Assembly (NCBI GenBank): GCA_902385765.1
Contig: CABMGU010000080.1
Location: forward strand, 1-40,533
DNA from: an uncultured archaeon
GTDB taxonomy: Archaea; Nanobdellota; Nanobdellia; Woesearchaeales; ARS49
Length of the DNA stretch: 40,533 bases
Direction: 5' to 3'
Positions 23,548 through 30,883 of this stretch are shown here, one piece after another. The notes under the pieces are model-generated. The model was not told where the DNA came from. It saw only the letters and a list, made by a program, of their open reading frames with translations, and made no database searches. The stretch's first letter is position 1. Every line of letters starts with the position of its first letter. The position numbers were made by a program, and so were the translations under genes.

Positions 23548-24054
23548 TTATGGGATTAAGTGTACTTCGAGTGTTCCTCTTTGCTGTCCTGCTGTCAAAT
23601 TCTTGCCTATTGGTAGTTTCATTGTTAGTTTAAGCGTGATGTTTTCTCTTGGTCCGAGTGTCGTTTCTGCTGGTTCGATTGTTAAAAATTGTGCTATGTA
23701 TCCTGTGGCATTGGCTTTCATTGTTACTGGAGCATTCCATATGTTTTCTACACCAAGCTCAGTTGTCAGGTTTAGTCCTGGTGATAATTGGTAGAAGTAT
23801 ATTCCTCCTGTAGGATATATTATATATTTTGCTGCTTTTGTAGTGTTGCTGTATCCGAGTGCTTCCTCCATTGTGAGGTTTCTGTCGGTTACTATGTCAA
23901 GGTATAGCCAGTGGCTTGCTACGATTGTTCTTGGCGCATACCAGTATTTGTATCCTTGGTATGCTGTATAGCCCGCGGTTATTACCAGTAATGCTATTAA
24001 GACTATTAGTGCTTTATTGCCGTGTTTTTGGTGGTGTTGGTTGTGGGATTTCAT
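23548..24054 (-). CDS. N-anchored secreted protein, sequon-rich
   Basis: 168 aa beginning MKSHNQHHQKHGNKALIVLIALLVITAGY, with several N-x-T sequons. Confidence 0.6.
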   Translation of the reverse strand: MKSHNQHHQKHGNKALIVLIALLVITAGYTAYQGYKYWYAPRTIVASHWLYLDIVTDRNLTMEEALGYSNTTKAAKYIIYPTGGIYFYQLSPGLNLTTELGVENIWNAPVTMKANATGYIAQFLTIEPAETTLGPRENITLKLTMKLPIGKNLTAGQQRGTLEVHLIP

Positions 24055-25249
24055 TTTGTGGCTCCTTTGGTCTTTTTGCCAAAAAATTTCCTAGCGCGAA
24101 TGCAAATACTACAAAGCTGGCGATTAGCAGGAGTATTAAAAAGATTTCGCTTCTGGACTTCTCAATTTGTGCTGGCAGTGGTAATTGTTCTTCCGGTCCT
24201 TGCTGTTCTTCTGTTCCTCCTAATATCTGTCTGAATGTTGATTTTTTCGTTGTTATCGGAGAGCCTTCGATTTCTGCATGTATGTGCTCTGTTACTCTTA
24301 TGTTCTTGGCGTCTATCTTCAGCAGTCCTGGGTATGTTCCGCTGCCTCCCTCCTTTGCTGTTGTCTTGAATGTCAGTGTGTTTTCTCCCGGGTATATCAT
24401 TATCTGCTGTTCAGTTGATAATAGTTCTAATAGTGAAATTCCCACTGTTGCGTTTATTGGTGATTCCCAGTTGGTTATGTTAAACGTGACTGTTATATTG
24501 TTTTCCTTGTTTGCCTTGATTTTTGTCGGTATTTGCACTGCTTCTATTTTTGGCGTGCCTACTGTGATTTCTGTTTCTCTTGTTTCTTTTTCTATTCTTG
24601 TTTGCAGTTTATAGTATCCTGATTGGTTTGTTATTCCTATTTTGTCATTATATACTGTTAGCGCGTATGGCTGCAGGTTTCCAAGGTCTTTCTTGGTGCT
24701 GTTGACGAATTCGTCATTGAGGTAGACTGAGGTTATGATTTCCGCGTTTTTCAGTATTTTTTTCCCTATGTTTTGGATTGTTGACCTGTATTTTATGCTG
24801 TCTTTTTTTTGTGCGCTGTCCGTCATTAATTCGAGATAGGGATGTCCTTCAGGGTATGGGCTTATTATTTTTATTGAGTCCTGCGCTCCTGTTGTTCCTG
24901 ACATTCCTCCTTCCTCATTTTTCTGTTTCACAAAGACCGTTATTCTGTATACCCCGAATGGCAGTGAGTCCGGCATTGTCAGGTTTATGTAAAAGTCTCC
25001 TGTTGCGAATGGCGCTAATTTTATCTGTTCTGCTGACTTTTTTAGGTATTTTTCCAGCTCCTTGTTCGTGTTTATTACTATGAGTATTGTTGCTGGTTGT
25101 GATGAGGCGCTTCCTGTGGAGTATTTGAATGTAATGTTTTTTCCCGGCTCATATATGATTTGGTTGTCTCTAACTAGTGAGAGGCTTATTGCTGTTACTG
25201 TTGGAATTAGTAGAATGAAGAATAATGTTAGCAATAAGACTTGTTTCAT
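24014..25249 (-). CDS. secreted protein with C-terminal hydrophobic helix
   Basis: Signal-like MKQVLLLTLFFILLIPTVTA. C-terminal IFLILLLIASFVVFAFALGNFLAKRPKE is followed by a Pro-rich tail. Confidence 0.65.
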   Translation of the reverse strand: MKQVLLLTLFFILLIPTVTAISLSLVRDNQIIYEPGKNITFKYSTGSASSQPATILIVINTNKELEKYLKKSAEQIKLAPFATGDFYINLTMPDSLPFGVYRITVFVKQKNEEGGMSGTTGAQDSIKIISPYPEGHPYLELMTDSAQKKDSIKYRSTIQNIGKKILKNAEIITSVYLNDEFVNSTKKDLGNLQPYALTVYNDKIGITNQSGYYKLQTRIEKETRETEITVGTPKIEAVQIPTKIKANKENNITVTFNITNWESPINATVGISLLELLSTEQQIMIYPGENTLTFKTTAKEGGSGTYPGLLKIDAKNIRVTEHIHAEIEGSPITTKKSTFRQILGGTEEQQGPEEQLPLPAQIEKSRSEIFLILLLIASFVVFAFALGNFLAKRPKEPQNEIPQPTPPKTRQ

Positions 25250-25287
25250 AGAATATAAGAAAAAAATAAAAGAATAAAAATGTTTGC

Positions 25288-26121
25288 TTACGAACAGTCT
25301 GCTGAACTGCTGTAGCTGTTGTTATACATTGTCTTTGTTATCTCAAAGGCTATTGTTGAACCGTTTCTGAGCTGGTGCAGTACGTCTTCATTGTTTACGA
25401 GTATCTCGAAGCACTCGCAGAGGCATTGTCCTGATGTGTCGAACCATTTGCATTCTGTTATTGGTCCGCCGGCTATAGTCTTCTCACATTCGTCAGTGTT
25501 TTTACAGTTGTTGCAGTCCGGTTGGCATCCTTTTCCTGCGTCGTTGTCTGTGCAGTTGAATAACTGGTCAAATATGCGGATGCTGGTGTTTGTTACTCCA
25601 TCAAGTGTCATGTTGTTCAGTGTTGCGTTCAGTGCTCCTTCTGCTCCGTAGTTGTATATGACAAATGCTCCGTCATTAGCGCCTGTTGACGCACAGGATG
25701 CTGCATCTGTTACAGCTCCTTCGTCGCAAGTGATACCTGCTCCTTCACCAGTCTGGTTGCAGGTGAACAATACTATGTCGCTGACGTTTTGTTCTAGTGT
25801 TGCGTTGCATACTATTGTGCTTTTCATCATTCTGAGGTCAAAGACTCGTTGGTTTGTGATTGTTCCTGTTCCTGTTTGTGATGTGTCCATTCCTGTGATT
25901 CCTCTTCCGATTATTCTGAATGGTTTTGTGACTTCTGCAAGTTTGCTGAAGAACGGTGGTGTCCACGCGGTTATTTGTGGTGCGCTGTAACCTCCGCCTA
26001 CGTATACTACGCTTGTTTCATTGCCTGCCATTGATGTAAAGTAGAGTCCTACTACGCCTACCAATACAACGGCTAACAATACTCCGTATATTCCTACCGT
26101 GTGTGAATCCATTTTTTTCAT
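25288..26121 (-). CDS. N-anchored Cys-rich secreted protein
   Basis: N-terminal helix VGIYGVLLAVVLVGVVGLYF and C-terminal Cys cluster CQPDCNNCKNTDECEK...CKWFDTSGQCLCEC. ATGA overlap with the upstream gene. Confidence 0.65.
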   Translation of the reverse strand: MKKMDSHTVGIYGVLLAVVLVGVVGLYFTSMAGNETSVVYVGGGYSAPQITAWTPPFFSKLAEVTKPFRIIGRGITGMDTSQTGTGTITNQRVFDLRMMKSTIVCNATLEQNVSDIVLFTCNQTGEGAGITCDEGAVTDAASCASTGANDGAFVIYNYGAEGALNATLNNMTLDGVTNTSIRIFDQLFNCTDNDAGKGCQPDCNNCKNTDECEKTIAGGPITECKWFDTSGQCLCECFEILVNNEDVLHQLRNGSTIAFEITKTMYNNSYSSSADCS

Positions 26122-26345
26122 TCCTCCGTTTTTTTGAATCTTATTATTCCTTTTCCTACAGCATCTTGTTCTGGTTCTGCTGGTTTGAAGCCGAATGCTT
26201 GTTCATAGAATTTTTCTGCTGTTTTTGGCTTTGCTAAGTTAAAGGTCAAAAAGCCTGCCACCAGTAATGCCGTTACTATTAATATAAAAAACGCTATTGT
26301 GTATTTTCTGTTTGTCTCCATTATTCGACCTCTTTGATTTCTCAT
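26118..26345 (-). CDS. small N-anchored membrane protein
   Basis: 75 aa (or 67 aa from the second Met), with helix YTIAFFILIVTALLVAGFLTF. Confidence 0.5.
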   Translation of the reverse strand: MRNQRGRIMETNRKYTIAFFILIVTALLVAGFLTFNLAKPKTAEKFYEQAFGFKPAEPEQDAVGKGIIRFKKTEE

Positions 26346-26363
26346 TCAATATAGTTTTACTAT

Positions 26364-27254
26364 TTAAAGCTTTCCATCATACTTTACTGTCATTTTTGGA
26401 TACGTTATCCAGAAATATACTAGGAAATACATTACGAACAATATCCATCCTGCGTTTGTGTGGAATCCTTTCATTGCGAATTCTGGCGACCAGTTTGCTC
26501 CTATGTAGAATAATAGGTAAAGTCTTAGGAAAGCAACTATGAACATTCCTACTGCGCCTAATAGATACACCCACAGCATTGTTTTTTTGTTGATTTTTTT
26601 CCAGTCAAGCGCGAGTACGAATATGAATAGTCCTGTGAATAGTATTAGTGAGGTTATTCCTGTGCAAGGCGGTCCTATTACTGCGCTGAAACTGTCTGCA
26701 GTGACTGATGGCGCATTATTTATCGTTATTGTTACGTTGTTTGTCAGCGACAGTAGCATTGTCAGTGGTTTTGCCAGTGCTCTTGTGAGAGGGTAGCCTG
26801 CAAGGCTTAGTGCTGTTGAGCCTGCACCGTACAGTACTATTATTACTAAGGAGAGTACGATTTGTTTTATGTGCGTTTTGACGAATTTTGTGTTGAATAC
26901 TGCCAGTAGCAGTAAGATGCCTCCAACTGCGTACAGAGCAAATCCTGTCAGCATATGCGCCAGCCCGCTTGTCCAGTATTGTTTTTGTTGCAGTATGTAT
27001 GCTGTGAAGAAGCTGTATGCCAAAATTCCAAATAGTATTGTTTGTTTCCAGTTTGTTGTATAGTTGAACTTTTTGAGCTCGTCTCTTTTTATTAAAACAA
27101 ATGTTGCGAGCATTCCTGCGAATATTATTGGTATGTATAGCACGCTTATCGTCATTTGAGGTTTTGTGCCGATTCTGTAGACTGCCAGTGGCACTATCAT
27201 ATACAGTAGAACGAGAAATATTGTCAGCCGTGTTATGAATGGTTTCCAGCTCAT
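26364..27254 (-). CDS. archaeosortase/exosortase-family-like polytopic membrane protein
   Basis: 296 aa, hydrophobic throughout. Three motifs occur in order: VIGPPCTGITSLILF (Cys), FIVAFLRLYLL (Arg) and KGFHTNAGWILFVMYF (His), as in the catalytic triad of this family. Confidence 0.6.
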   Translation of the reverse strand: MSWKPFITRLTIFLVLLYMIVPLAVYRIGTKPQMTISVLYIPIIFAGMLATFVLIKRDELKKFNYTTNWKQTILFGILAYSFFTAYILQQKQYWTSGLAHMLTGFALYAVGGILLLLAVFNTKFVKTHIKQIVLSLVIIVLYGAGSTALSLAGYPLTRALAKPLTMLLSLTNNVTITINNAPSVTADSFSAVIGPPCTGITSLILFTGLFIFVLALDWKKINKKTMLWVYLLGAVGMFIVAFLRLYLLFYIGANWSPEFAMKGFHTNAGWILFVMYFLVYFWITYPKMTVKYDGKL

Positions 27255-27421
27255 TCTCTTATCTTGCTGACCTGTTCTTTCGTCAGTTTTACTTTTTTTG
27301 CGTTTTGTATTTGTGCGTTGATGAATTTTGCCTGCATTTGCGACCAGTCATTATTGTTCACTACATAGTTTGCCCACTTGTCAACAAAGAATTCTTTGAG
27401 CGAGTATGGTTTGCCGTGCAT
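27251..27421 (-). CDS. hypothetical small protein (56 aa), not in ORF track
   Basis: My translation is MHGKPYSLKEFFVDKWANYVVNNNDWSQMQAKFINAQIQNAKKVKLTKEQVSKIRE. It starts 1 nt after the upstream stop and overlaps the sortase-like ATG in ATGA. Confidence 0.35.
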   Translation of the reverse strand: MHGKPYSLKEFFVDKWANYVVNNNDWSQMQAKFINAQIQNAKKVKLTKEQVSKIRE

Positions 27422-27422
27422 T

Positions 27423-28001
27423 TTAAAATTCCTCTCTGAATAATTTTTTATATTTTTCTATTTTCGTCTTGTCAAGATTCTCGAATACTGTGCTTAAGTG
27501 TTTTGCATCTAATAAATCTTTTTCGGATTTCGCGATTTCTTGTTTGTATGCTATGGTGCTTTCAATGCTTGCCATCCATAAAATGTGGGTGTTGAAAATG
27601 ATTTTTATTTTGTCATCGAACAGTCTGCGCTGGCTCATTTTTTTGGGCAATTTCATGTCCAGGCGCAAAAGCGGGAATTCCTTTTCCCAAACGCTGATTG
27701 GAGTTCCCTGTTGCAGGTATTCGCGGTAAAGTTCTTCTGGATTGTCTATGTTCCATTCGAAGCCTTTTTTCAGGAAATCTTCATACATTTCCCTGAATTT
27801 GTCCAGGGTGATTTCTTTGATGAACATATCCACGTCTTCGGATGCCCTGCTTCTTCCGAAGAATATTGCCACATAACCGCTCACAATTACATAGTCTGCG
27901 TATTTCGAGATTATTTCTGTTGTTTTCAGGACAAATTTGTCAATGTCGTTCAGTTCTTTTGTTAATTTTAGTTCTCTGTTTACTATCTGGAATTTGACCA
28001 T
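27423..28001 (-). CDS. nucleotidyltransferase-fold protein (minimal NTase/AbiEii-like)
   Basis: VSGYVAIFFGRSRASEDVDMFI fits the G[SG]-x(10-14)-D-x-D signature. A TATA-like tttatatat lies about 27 nt upstream. Confidence 0.5.
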   Translation of the reverse strand: MVKFQIVNRELKLTKELNDIDKFVLKTTEIISKYADYVIVSGYVAIFFGRSRASEDVDMFIKEITLDKFREMYEDFLKKGFEWNIDNPEELYREYLQQGTPISVWEKEFPLLRLDMKLPKKMSQRRLFDDKIKIIFNTHILWMASIESTIAYKQEIAKSEKDLLDAKHLSTVFENLDKTKIEKYKKLFREEF

Positions 28002-28062
28002 GTGTCCATTATGCTTTTGCAGCTTTATATATCTTGTGCGGGCTTGTCCAGTGAGCGCAAAC

Positions 28063-28072
28063 GTTTTTAAAG
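28063..28072 (+). promoter_or_regulatory. TATA-like box about 28 nt upstream of tRNA-Ser
   Basis: The element gtttttaaag lies at the expected spacing upstream of the tRNA 5' end. Confidence 0.4.
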
Positions 28073-28095
28073 CAGGCAGATAGAATTTATTGCAT

Positions 28096-28192
28096 GCGGC
28101 AGTGGCACAACCTGGTTACTGCGCGGGTCTCGAATGTCCGAGAGCTAACCCGTTTCCGCAAGGATATCCCGGTTCAAATCCGGGCTGCCGCG
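28096..28192 (+). tRNA. tRNA-Ser(CGA) with about 12 extra nt in the anticodon arm (probable intron at 37/38)
   Basis: Acceptor stem gcggcag/ctgccgc plus discriminator g. D-loop contains GG. Anticodon stem cgggt/acccg encloses ctCGAa + tgtccgagagct + a. The 15-nt variable arm indicates a class II tRNA. T-arm is cccgg-ttcaaat-ccggg. A TTTTT run follows. Confidence 0.75.
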
Positions 28193-28208
28193 TTTTTCAA
28201 GAGCTATG

Positions 28209-28378
28209 CCCTGTAACTTATATCTGACAGGGATTTGAACCGGATCTCCCGGTTCATCGCGCAGAACAAAGTTCTGCGGGAATCGCGAAGACCTTGATCT
28301 TCGGGAACTCAGGGAAGCTTTGCTTCCCAGAGTCTTGGCAAACGCTGCGCGTTTGTCCAAGTAATCCGGGTCGCGGCG
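28209..28378. ncRNA. candidate structured RNA or degenerate tRNA-derived region (strand unresolved)
   Basis: Five hairpins with perfectly paired 6-8-bp core stems (the 28334-28361 arm is a longer composite stem with one bulged nt): 28209-28232, 28260-28278, 28286-28303, 28312-28328 and 28334-28361. They are closed by cccgg (28248-28252) pairing with ccggg (28366-28370). The local GC content is far above that of the flanks. Confidence 0.3.
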
Positions 28379-28388
28379 TAACATTTAT

Positions 28389-28417
28389 ATATCAGCTGAT
28401 ATTATATCAACTGATAT
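28389..28417. promoter_or_regulatory. two tandem operator-like palindromes upstream of wHTH paralog 2
   Basis: atatcagctgatat (28389-28402, perfect) and atatcaactgatat (28404-17, one mismatched pair). The second overlaps ATG 28416. Confidence 0.55.
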
Positions 28418-28727
28418 GAACACCATTCAAATAACTGAAAGAGAGTATTCTGAGCAAAGGTCACCTACACTAAACACCGTTCTTATGGTTGAGGAAACTT
28501 TGATGAATGTTGGAGAAGTTATCACCGTAGCAGAGCTTAAGAGAAGATTGCCGAAACAGGTGATGCATCAGACTTTGATTAAAATTCTTGATTACCTGTT
28601 TTACAGCGGCAAGATTGTTTTTCACGATGACAAGGTGCTATGGACGTTCAATCCAAAAAGCAAGCTGAGAAGACAGAGGGGTTTGGTTTTAGAAAAAAAT
28701 AGTTGTGAGCGTAACCCTTATATATAG
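28416..28727 (+). CDS. small winged-helix-like protein, paralog 2 (solo, no toxin partner)
   Basis: SPTLNTVLMVEETL...ELKRRLPKQVMHQTLIKILDYL matches the other two paralogs. Its extended tail runs into the tkt TATA box. Confidence 0.65.
   Translation: MNTIQITEREYSEQRSPTLNTVLMVEETLMNVGEVITVAELKRRLPKQVMHQTLIKILDYLFYSGKIVFHDDKVLWTFNPKSKLRRQRGLVLEKNSCERNPYI
28717..28726 (+). promoter_or_regulatory. TATA-like box (cttatatata) about 25 nt upstream of tkt ATG
   Basis: Leaderless-type spacing to ATG 28747. Confidence 0.4.
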
Positions 28728-28746
28728 TAATCATTCACAAAAGCTT

Positions 28747-30555
28747 ATGCAAAAAGAGGAGTTGTTGGAGAATATAGCGAAGCGTTTGCGTATTCACGTC
28801 CTGAATATGTGCACGCGCGCTGGTTCTGGTCATCCTACTACCTGCGTGTCCTCGGCAGATTTGGTTTCCTGCTTGTTTTTTGATGAGATGCGTTATAATG
28901 TCAGGGACGCGTTTGATCTTGCGAATGATGAATTTATTTTAAGCAAGGGTCACGCTTCTGCTTTGCTGTATGCTGTTTATGCTGAAGCAGGAATTATTTC
29001 TTTTAAGAAATTAGAGGATTATCGCCAGTTTGGTTCTCCGCTTGAGGGTCATCCTGTTCCTGATATGCCCTGGATTAAAGTCGCTACTGGCAGTCTTGGT
29101 CAGGGCTTGTCTGCCGGTGTTGGAATGGCTTTGGCGATGAATATGCGAAAGCTCGGTGCAAGGGTTTTTGTTTTGATGGGCGATGGCGAGTGTGCTGAGG
29201 GCAGTGTTTGGGAGGCTGCTGCTCTTGCAAGCAAGCTCGACCTCTCAAATATTATTGCTGTGCTTGACTGTAATCGTCTTGGACAGTCTGGTGAGTCTTT
29301 GCACGGATACGAAATAAAAAAGTGGCAGCAGAAGTTTGCTTCTTTTGGCTGGAATGTTTTTGTTGTTGACGGTCACGACGTGCATATGATTTTGGAAGCG
29401 CTCTCAGCTTCAAGAACTTCTCACGGTCCTTCAATTATTATTGCTAAGACGGTAAAAGGCAGGGGTGTTTCTTTCCTTGAGAATAAGGAGGGCTGGCACG
29501 GAAAGGCTTTGAAGTTTGACGAATTGCAGAAAGCTTTGCAGGAGCTTGGTCCTATGCCTGAAGTTGACGCTTCAAAATTAGTGGCTTCTCCTCCGAAAGC
29601 AAATCCTGAAAAACTTGCTGAGAAATCTCCTGCTTCTCCAAAGTACAAGCTTGGTGATTTGGTTGCGACAAGAGAGGCTTTTGGCACAATGCTGGAAAAA
29701 CTCGGAGTTAATGAGAGAATTGTTGCTTTGGATGGCGATGTGAAGAATTCCACTTTTTCAGAGAAATTCAGGGAATTTTATCCTGAGCGTTTTGTTGATT
29801 GTTACATTGCTGAGCAGAATATGGTTGGTATGGCTGTTGGTCTTGCTTCAAAAGGTTTTATTCCATTCGCATCGACTTTTGCTGCTTTTCTGACAAGGGC
29901 TCACGACCAGTTGAGGATGTCTGCAATCTCCCGTTCAAATATTAAATTGTGCGGTTCTCACGCGGGAATTTCCATCGGCGAGGACGGTCCGAGCCAGATG
30001 GGTTTGGAAGACCTGGCATTGTTCCGTTCTTTGCCTAACAGCATTGTTCTTTACCCGTGCGATGCAGTTTCTGCTGAGAAATGCACCCAGCTGCTCGCAA
30101 ATAATGAAGGCATTGGTTATTTGCGCACTTCAAGGCCCAAAACGCCGGTAATTTACGAGAATAAAGATAGTTTTGTGATTGGCGGTTGTAAGATTGTCAG
30201 GAGAAGCTTCCGTGATAAAATTGCAGTAGTAACTGCAGGGGTTACTGTTCACGAGGCGATTAAGGCTTCTGATGTTTTGAAAAAACAGAAAAAGTTTGTG
30301 CGCGTTATAGATGCTTATTCAGTCAAGCCTTTGGATGAGAAAACCATTCGTTCTGTTGCAAAGAAGATGAAAGTTATTGTTGTTGAGGATCATTATCCTG
30401 AAGGCGGTCTTGGCGAGGCTGTTGCCTCTTTGGGCATTCCTATCGCTCATTTGTGCGTGAAAGAGATTCCGCGTTCGGGAAAAGCTGAGACGTTGATGCA
30501 CGTTTACGGCATTGATGCTGATGCGATTGTGAAGGAGTGTAGAAAGCTGACTTGA
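28747..30555 (+). CDS. tkt: transketolase (N- and C-terminal halves fused in one ORF)
   Basis: GSGHPTTCVSSADL, GSLGQGLSAGVGMA, GDGECAEGSVWEAA, EQNMVGMAVGLA and GEDGPSQMGLEDLALFRSLPN. ATG is at 28747 (the track start is upstream). Confidence 0.9.
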   Translation: MQKEELLENIAKRLRIHVLNMCTRAGSGHPTTCVSSADLVSCLFFDEMRYNVRDAFDLANDEFILSKGHASALLYAVYAEAGIISFKKLEDYRQFGSPLEGHPVPDMPWIKVATGSLGQGLSAGVGMALAMNMRKLGARVFVLMGDGECAEGSVWEAAALASKLDLSNIIAVLDCNRLGQSGESLHGYEIKKWQQKFASFGWNVFVVDGHDVHMILEALSASRTSHGPSIIIAKTVKGRGVSFLENKEGWHGKALKFDELQKALQELGPMPEVDASKLVASPPKANPEKLAEKSPASPKYKLGDLVATREAFGTMLEKLGVNERIVALDGDVKNSTFSEKFREFYPERFVDCYIAEQNMVGMAVGLASKGFIPFASTFAAFLTRAHDQLRMSAISRSNIKLCGSHAGISIGEDGPSQMGLEDLALFRSLPNSIVLYPCDAVSAEKCTQLLANNEGIGYLRTSRPKTPVIYENKDSFVIGGCKIVRRSFRDKIAVVTAGVTVHEAIKASDVLKKQKKFVRVIDAYSVKPLDEKTIRSVAKKMKVIVVEDHYPEGGLGEAVASLGIPIAHLCVKEIPRSGKAETLMHVYGIDADAIVKECRKLT

Positions 30556-30582
30556 AATAGAAACGCTTATATATTAGTAAGT

Positions 30583-30606
30583 TATTGTTATCAATTAATA
30601 ACAATA
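30583..30606. promoter_or_regulatory. inverted repeat (9-bp arms, 6-nt spacer) upstream of wHTH paralog 3
   Basis: tattgttat-caatta-ataacaata, lying between the TATA-like cttatatatt and ATG 30617. It contains a ttatcaattaataa core related to the other two operators. Confidence 0.5.
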
Positions 30607-30616
30607 GGTGATTGAA

Positions 30617-30883
30617 ATGTCGCTTCAAGAATTGAAACATGCGCCCACACTTAATACTGTTTTAATGGTGGAAAACGTGCTTAAGAGTATGGACGAGAGT
30701 GTTATTTCCATTGCTGAACTGAAGAGGCGTTTGCCGAAACAGGTCAATCATAATACTTTGATGGTTGTTCTTGAGTATTTGGAAGAAAGCAATAAAATTG
30801 CTGTGAGTTTGAAAGGCATTACTTGGATTCATAATACTAATCCTTTTTTGAAAAAAGCGGTTGCTAGAGGGCTGGAATTATGA
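30617..30883 (+). CDS. small winged-helix-like protein, paralog 3 (antitoxin-like)
   Basis: APTLNTVLMVENVL...ELKRRLPKQVNHNTLMVVLEYLEESNKIAV. Its stop overlaps the next gene's ATG (ATGA). Confidence 0.7.
   Translation: MSLQELKHAPTLNTVLMVENVLKSMDESVISIAELKRRLPKQVNHNTLMVVLEYLEESNKIAVSLKGITWIHNTNPFLKKAVARGLEL

Noticed and set aside
17850-26345. That the N-termini of the surface-cluster proteins (for example MEETKAIIGILII, MKSHNQHHQKHGNKALIVLI, METNRKYTIAFFIL) are class III (type IV pilin-like) signal peptides.
   Set aside because: A basic stretch followed by a hydrophobic helix is compatible with this. However, I cannot identify a consistent [KR]-[GA] cleavage motif or a nearby prepilin peptidase or ATPase, so they are treated as generic signal anchors.
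28200-28380. A complete second tRNA gene, on either strand and with or without introns.
   Set aside because: I could not assemble a cloverleaf. The minus-strand ccggttcaaatcc lacks a pairing T-stem, the hairpins have 3-nt loops (or 7-nt loops with C at position 33), and no 5' acceptor strand complementary to tcgcggc is present nearby. It is kept only as a candidate structured or fragmentary RNA.
28145-28384. 79-aa minus-strand ORF in the track.
   Set aside because: It lies entirely over the 3' part of tRNA-Ser and the GC-rich hairpin region. Its Arg/Ser-rich translation is what one expects from reading through GC-rich stems.
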